A stretch of 12,259 bases of DNA from Candidatus Scalinduaceae bacterium (lineage in GTDB: Bacteria > Planctomycetota > Brocadiia > Brocadiales > Scalinduaceae): NCBI GenBank assembly GCA_046759445.1, contig JBHICG010000090.1, forward strand, positions 1 through 12,259, in the 5' to 3' direction. Positions 8,240 through 12,259 of this stretch are shown here, in pieces; positions within the stretch are counted from its first letter, which is position 1, and every line of letters begins with the position of its first letter. The translations under genes and the position numbers were made by a program. The notes below the pieces were generated by a model. The model did no database searches. It was not told where the DNA came from and worked only from the letters and a program-made list of their open reading frames with translations.

Positions 8240-8564
8240 ACACTTCTTTACCTTCCTGAAGAACTGTTTTGTAAATCAAACCTATATTGTTCTTGTGTTT
8301 TTCCAAATCTCCTGGTGTAGCAACTAAGATATCAAAAGGTACTCCTATACCGCGTGCATGTCGATATAGAAACTGAGCAGTATGACGGCGATGAATACCT
8401 TCCGGCATAACAACAAGCACATCAATATCGCTGTTTGGCCCCATATTATCCCTGGCAGCTGACCCAAAGACTAAAATACGTATTGGATGCACCAAATCAA
8501 CGATTTTTTTAACTAATTGTTCTATGGCAGTTGAATTTGATTTTACAGTCATAATGTCTTTCAT
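8229..8564 (-). CDS. Minimal nucleotidyltransferase (MNT), partner of HEPN (toxin-antitoxin-like pair)
   Basis: ILVFGSAARD.....SDIDVLVV (GS + DxD), PFDILV, EGKEVY. Confidence 0.9.
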   Translation of the reverse strand: MKDIMTVKSNSTAIEQLVKKIVDLVHPIRILVFGSAARDNMGPNSDIDVLVVMPEGIHRRHTAQFLYRHARGIGVPFDILVATPGDLEKHKNNIGLIYKTVLQEGKEVYAA

Positions 8565-8609
8565 ATTTTCTCAAAGTATAACTAATAAGTAAAGTTTAAA
8601 TAATAGATT

Positions 8610-8694
8610 TTTGACAGGATATACTGGATATACAAGATTGAAGAAATAAGAACTAAAGAATTTTTATCCTAATAATCTTGTAAATCATGTCTAA
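8610..8694. repeat. Degenerate inverted repeat built from ~9-nt ACAGGAT-type units
   Basis: TTTGACAGGATATACTGGATATACAAGAT (8610-8638) versus the reverse complement of 8666-8694, TTAGACATGATTTACAAGATTATTAGGAT; 19/29 match. Confidence 0.55.
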
Positions 8695-8827
8695 GAAAAT
8701 AAAGATTCCTATACTATAAAAACAATCATTATGCTTAATTAATTTTACCACCTTAGATTATTATTATCTAACTTTTTTCAGGAACATCCTTATCTGTTTT
8801 ATACACTTAATTATACATAAATGCATA

Positions 8828-8856
8828 TTGACACCTTCTTCTTATTTCAGTAGTTT
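8828..8856 (+). promoter_or_regulatory. Putative sigma70 promoter for the SAM synthetase gene
   Basis: TTGACA (8828-8833), 17-nt spacer, TAGTTT (8851-8856), about 100 nt upstream of ATG 8957. Confidence 0.55.
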
Positions 8857-8956
8857 ATGGTGGTATTTTGGATAAAACTCAACTTGTTAAGCTACACAAG
8901 AAAGCGGGCAGGTCTAACAAGGTAGAAAAGTATTACAAAAGCAGAAAGAAGGTAAA

Positions 8957-10159
8957 ATGATTGTTATAGAGACATTTAAAGGAAAATCTGTTACAGAACA
9001 CAGTGTTGAGATAGTAGAACGAAAAGGTACAGGTCATCCTGACTATATGTGCGACGCCATGATGGATGCCATTTCTGTAGCACTATCGAGGGAATATATC
9101 AAAGAGTTTGGAACAATCCTTCATCATAACATAGACAAGAGCCTTCTGGCCGCTGGAAGGGTTGATAAGAGATTTGGAGGTGGAAGTGTCACAAAGCCTA
9201 TGGAATTGATTATAGGAGATAGGGCTACATTTAGTGCTTCTGGCAGGAAAATACCTGTTTCTGATATCGCCATAGATACAGCGAAAAAGTGGTTAAAAGA
9301 AAATATGAGATTCATTGACCCTGAAAAGCACCTGAAATATAACATTGCACTTGCATCTGGTTCCGAGGAACTTACGGATATCTTTCTAAGACCTGGTAGG
9401 ATCAGAGGGGCTAATGACACCTCTGCTGCCGTTGGATATTACCCCTTTAGCCCTACCGAAAAGACCGTCTTTGAACTTGAAAGGTATCTCAATTCAAAAA
9501 CTTTTAAAGATGAATATCCGGAAACCGGTGAGGACATAAAGATTATGGGTCTCAGAAAGGGAGAAAGCCTTGATATAACGGTTGCTATGCCATTACTTGC
9601 TAATTACGTTCAATCTGAAAAAGAGTATTTTGAGAGAAAAAACATTATCCATAAAGAGATGGTAGAGTTTTTGGAAAAATATAAAGAATTTCAAACCATA
9701 GAGGTTCATTTGAATACCCTTGATGAAAAAGGCAGGGGACTTGGCGGCATTTATCTCAGTCTTTTGGGCACATCCGCAGAAGATGCAGATTCAGGACAGG
9801 TAGGACGTGGAAACAGAGTGAACGGAGTCATCTCCGTGAACAGGCCCATAGGAACGGAGGCATCGGCAGGTAAAAATCCCGTAAGCCATGTTGGCAAGAT
9901 ATACAATGTTCTTGCCCATAAGATAGCGCAGGAGATCTATGAAGCTGCAGAGGGGATAAAAGAGGTCTATGTAATGCTTCTTAGCAGGATAGGTACACCA
10001 ATCGATAAACCACAGGTGGCAACTGCACAAATACTCTTTGAGGAGGGGAGGGAGATAAAGGAAGTAGCGGAGAATGCGGAAGAGATATTTGATAGAGAAT
10101 TAAGGAATATCAATAGTTTCTGCCTTGAACTTGGGGAGGGGAAACATCCTGTCTGTTAA
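8957..10159 (+). CDS. metK: Methionine adenosyltransferase (SAM synthetase), archaeal type (COG1812)
   Basis: VEIVERKGTGHPDYMCD, ILHHNIDK, ANDTS..VGYYP, GEDIKIMGLR, GTSAEDADSGQVGRGNRVNG, AGKNPVSHVGKIYN. Confidence 0.93.
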   Translation: MIVIETFKGKSVTEHSVEIVERKGTGHPDYMCDAMMDAISVALSREYIKEFGTILHHNIDKSLLAAGRVDKRFGGGSVTKPMELIIGDRATFSASGRKIPVSDIAIDTAKKWLKENMRFIDPEKHLKYNIALASGSEELTDIFLRPGRIRGANDTSAAVGYYPFSPTEKTVFELERYLNSKTFKDEYPETGEDIKIMGLRKGESLDITVAMPLLANYVQSEKEYFERKNIIHKEMVEFLEKYKEFQTIEVHLNTLDEKGRGLGGIYLSLLGTSAEDADSGQVGRGNRVNGVISVNRPIGTEASAGKNPVSHVGKIYNVLAHKIAQEIYEAAEGIKEVYVMLLSRIGTPIDKPQVATAQILFEEGREIKEVAENAEEIFDRELRNINSFCLELGEGKHPVC

Positions 10160-10183
10160 TATTATCGGACAATCTGTTGGATT

Positions 10184-11077
10184 ATGATTTACTTTAGATC
10201 ATTCAATGTCATTCGTCAAAATCATTTTGCTATGCTGTATTTAAGTTTAGCCATCACTGCTTCGCTTGTATCCTCTGCAAATCTCGCCTCAGCTTCACTA
10301 TCATACAACCATACAAAAGCTGATCTGATCTCTGAGGTGAAGTCTCTTAAACCTGGAAAACCGTTCTGGGTTGCTGTGCGGCTTACGATGGATAAAGACT
10401 GGCATACATACTGGCGCAATCCCGGGGATTCTGGCCTATCCACCAAAATCAAATGGACACTGCCAGAGGGATTCGTGGCTGGTGAAACTCAATGGCCATA
10501 TCCTCATAAATTCAAATTTGACGGCATCGTGAGCTTTGGTTATAAGGATGAGGTCTGCTTGCTTACTAAAATAAGACCTGCTAAGTCAATCGAGCATGGG
10601 GGTTCAGTAAGTATTTCAGTAAAGGTGGAGTGGCTGGAATGTAAAAATGTGTGCCTGACGGGATTGGCTGACCTCACCCTTGAATTGCCTGTCAAAGATG
10701 TAGAACCAGAGATTGACAGTCAATGGATCAAGCAGTTCGAAGCAGCACGAAGGAATTTACCGCTCTCTCCTTCTGGTTGGAAGATTTCGGCAATGAGCAG
10801 CAAATCTGGATTCATTTTGCAACTAACACCATCGCCTGGACTAGTCAGCAAACCAACGGAAATCTTTTTCTTTCCAGAGAAAAGCAAAATTATCGATCAT
10901 GCTACGGTACAGGAGGCCTCACGAACGGAGGCAGGTCATGTACTTAGATTGAAAAAATCTGCTTATGCTCTTGAGCCTACTAAGAGACTCAGAGGGGTAT
11001 TGGTTTCATCAACTGGATGGCTTGGGCTTGACTCTGAACGAGCTTTACAGATTGACGTGCCGGTGCAATATGATTGA
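10184..11077 (+). CDS. Thiol:disulfide interchange DsbD N-terminal domain protein, exported
   Basis: WHTYWRNPGDSGL, WTLPEGF, QWPYP, WLECKNVC; signal-like N-terminus; no DsbD membrane domain. Confidence 0.82.
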   Translation: MIYFRSFNVIRQNHFAMLYLSLAITASLVSSANLASASLSYNHTKADLISEVKSLKPGKPFWVAVRLTMDKDWHTYWRNPGDSGLSTKIKWTLPEGFVAGETQWPYPHKFKFDGIVSFGYKDEVCLLTKIRPAKSIEHGGSVSISVKVEWLECKNVCLTGLADLTLELPVKDVEPEIDSQWIKQFEAARRNLPLSPSGWKISAMSSKSGFILQLTPSPGLVSKPTEIFFFPEKSKIIDHATVQEASRTEAGHVLRLKKSAYALEPTKRLRGVLVSSTGWLGLDSERALQIDVPVQYD

Positions 11078-11113
11078 AAAGTCAATTAATACTATGGTCC
11101 AGATGTCTTTTGT

Positions 11114-11224
11114 GTAAATTCTCAATAAGTTGAGGGTTACCTCCCCTTAATCCCCTCCTTCGCAAGGAGGGGAAATGGGGTGGTCAAAAATTAAAAAGTT
11201 TTCCTTAACTTATTAAGAATTTAC
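11114..11224. mobile_element. MITE-like element (111 bp) with 22-bp terminal inverted repeats and an internal GC-rich hairpin
   Basis: TIRs 11114-11135 and 11203-11224 (20/22); flanks TCTTTTGT/TCTTTTGG; hairpin TCCCCTCCTT-CGC-AAGGAGGGGA at 11151-11173. Confidence 0.65.
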
Positions 11225-11280
11225 TCTTTTGGGCTTAAATATTCAATTTTTCTACAATAAAATTAGAGGAGGATGAATAT

Positions 11281-12006
11281 ATGAAAAGTAATTTCATTTT
11301 ACCCCGTAAGAATTCCCAGTGCGGAAGCACGGGGATGATACAATTAGATAAATTCCGCTTTTTCACACGGGGTTTAATGTCCTTTGTGAAATTCCAAGGG
11401 GGTTTACTGTTACTCGTTTTCGGTTTTTCTCTTTACCTTACATTCAATGTCCAAGCTGGTGAACCTGTGCTAGGCAAACCAGCACCGGGCTTTACGCTGA
11501 TGGGGGCAGACGGTAAAGGACATTCGCTCTCAGACTACAAAGGTAGTTTTATAGTCCTAGAATGGTTCAATCCAGATTGCCCTTTCGTGAAAAAACACTA
11601 CAACAGCAAAAATATGCAGAAGCTGCAAAAGTACTACAGGGAGAAAGGAGTTATCTGGATGATCGTCAATTCTTCTGCCAAAGGTAAACAGGGGTATTGT
11701 ACTACAGAGAGAGCCAATGAAGTTATCAAAGATAATGACATGGTGCCCACTGCCTTCTTGCTCGACCATGACGGTAAAGTAGGCAGGTTGTATGGTGCTA
11801 AAACCACTCCCCACATGTACGTGATCGACAAAGACGGCCTGTTAATTTACCACGGTGCCATCGACAATAAACCTTCAACCAGAATCAAAGACATTAAAGA
11901 CGCTGAGAATTATGTACGGGCAGCCTTAGACGAAGCGATAGCCGGCAAAAGTGTTTCAGTTAAGGCGTCGCAACCTTACGGATGTTCTGTTAAGTATGCC
12001 TATTAA
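11281..12006 (+). CDS. Exported thioredoxin-fold redoxin (AhpC/TSA family)
   Basis: GKPAPGFTL, VLEWFNPDCPFVKKHY, YGAKTTPHMYVID, YHGAID, PYGCSVKY; GAGGAGGA RBS; signal peptide ending VQA. Confidence 0.9.
   Translation: MKSNFILPRKNSQCGSTGMIQLDKFRFFTRGLMSFVKFQGGLLLLVFGFSLYLTFNVQAGEPVLGKPAPGFTLMGADGKGHSLSDYKGSFIVLEWFNPDCPFVKKHYNSKNMQKLQKYYREKGVIWMIVNSSAKGKQGYCTTERANEVIKDNDMVPTAFLLDHDGKVGRLYGAKTTPHMYVIDKDGLLIYHGAIDNKPSTRIKDIKDAENYVRAALDEAIAGKSVSVKASQPYGCSVKYAY
11302..11372. mobile_element. 71-bp palindromic element inserted in frame in the redoxin N-terminus
   Basis: CCCCGT/ACGGGG ends, TTTA duplicated at 11298-11301 and 11373-11376, inner GTGC-GGAA-GCAC hairpin; 71+4=75 nt. Confidence 0.55.
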
Positions 12007-12021
12007 ATAACGAGGTGTTAA

Positions 12022-12259
12022 ATGATAAAGATGCGAGTGATTAAATGGTTAATGATAGCCATTTTGTCTATAAGTTTGGGAGCGGAACAACTTTCGGCTG
12101 AAGACCTATCACGTAAATTCTACTTTTCTGACTTTGATCAGGCAGAGAAGTCATCTAACTACTTGCGTTTTGATATGAAAAGCACCAATTTTTGGATTAT
12201 AAAAAACAATTTTCATGGTTTCGTCAAGGATTTTGACATTGATATAAGTGGGTTAGAAA
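12022..12259 (+). CDS. Partial exported protein, possibly YceI-like; runs off the window
   Basis: GAGGTG RBS; open frame MIKMRVIKWLMIAILSISLGAEQLSAEDLSRKFYFSDFDQAEKSSNYLRFDMKSTNFWIIKNNFHGFVKDFDIDISGLE; family call is weak. Confidence 0.65.
   Translation, partial: MIKMRVIKWLMIAILSISLGAEQLSAEDLSRKFYFSDFDQAEKSSNYLRFDMKSTNFWIIKNNFHGFVKDFDIDISGLE

Noticed and set aside
8857..8956. SAM riboswitch or leader peptide upstream of the SAM synthetase (stem CTTGTTA/TAACAAG; 22-codon uORF)
   Set aside because: No recognisable SAM riboswitch consensus by eye, only a 7-bp stem, and the uORF has no RBS; an Rfam scan would settle it.
928..11831. Remaining short ORFs in the track (e.g. 985..1317, 3886..4350, 9124..9420, 10723..10947)
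   Set aside because: Antisense or out-of-frame shadows of well-supported genes, with no motifs.

Overview
AT-rich bacterial window, probably from an anaerobe. The core is a minus-strand cluster: an MNT/HEPN pair, an unusual HypC-domain::HydE-like radical SAM fusion (split by a 1-nt frameshift at 7245-7248), an inverted-repeat-bounded and disrupted GxxExxY nuclease cassette, hydG and a HEAT-repeat lipoprotein. A VapC remnant, an FmdB-type zinc ribbon, a phosphoribosyltransferase and an SplB-like radical SAM protein follow. No hydF or hydrogenase gene is in the window. Divergently on the plus strand lie an archaeal-type SAM synthetase, a DsbD N-terminal domain protein, a redoxin and a partial exported protein. 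Several small palindromic or MITE-like elements are present, one inserted in frame in the redoxin signal peptide, and a small acidic protein gene missed by the ORF track lies at the left edge. All calls are by-eye motif recognition; no searches were run.
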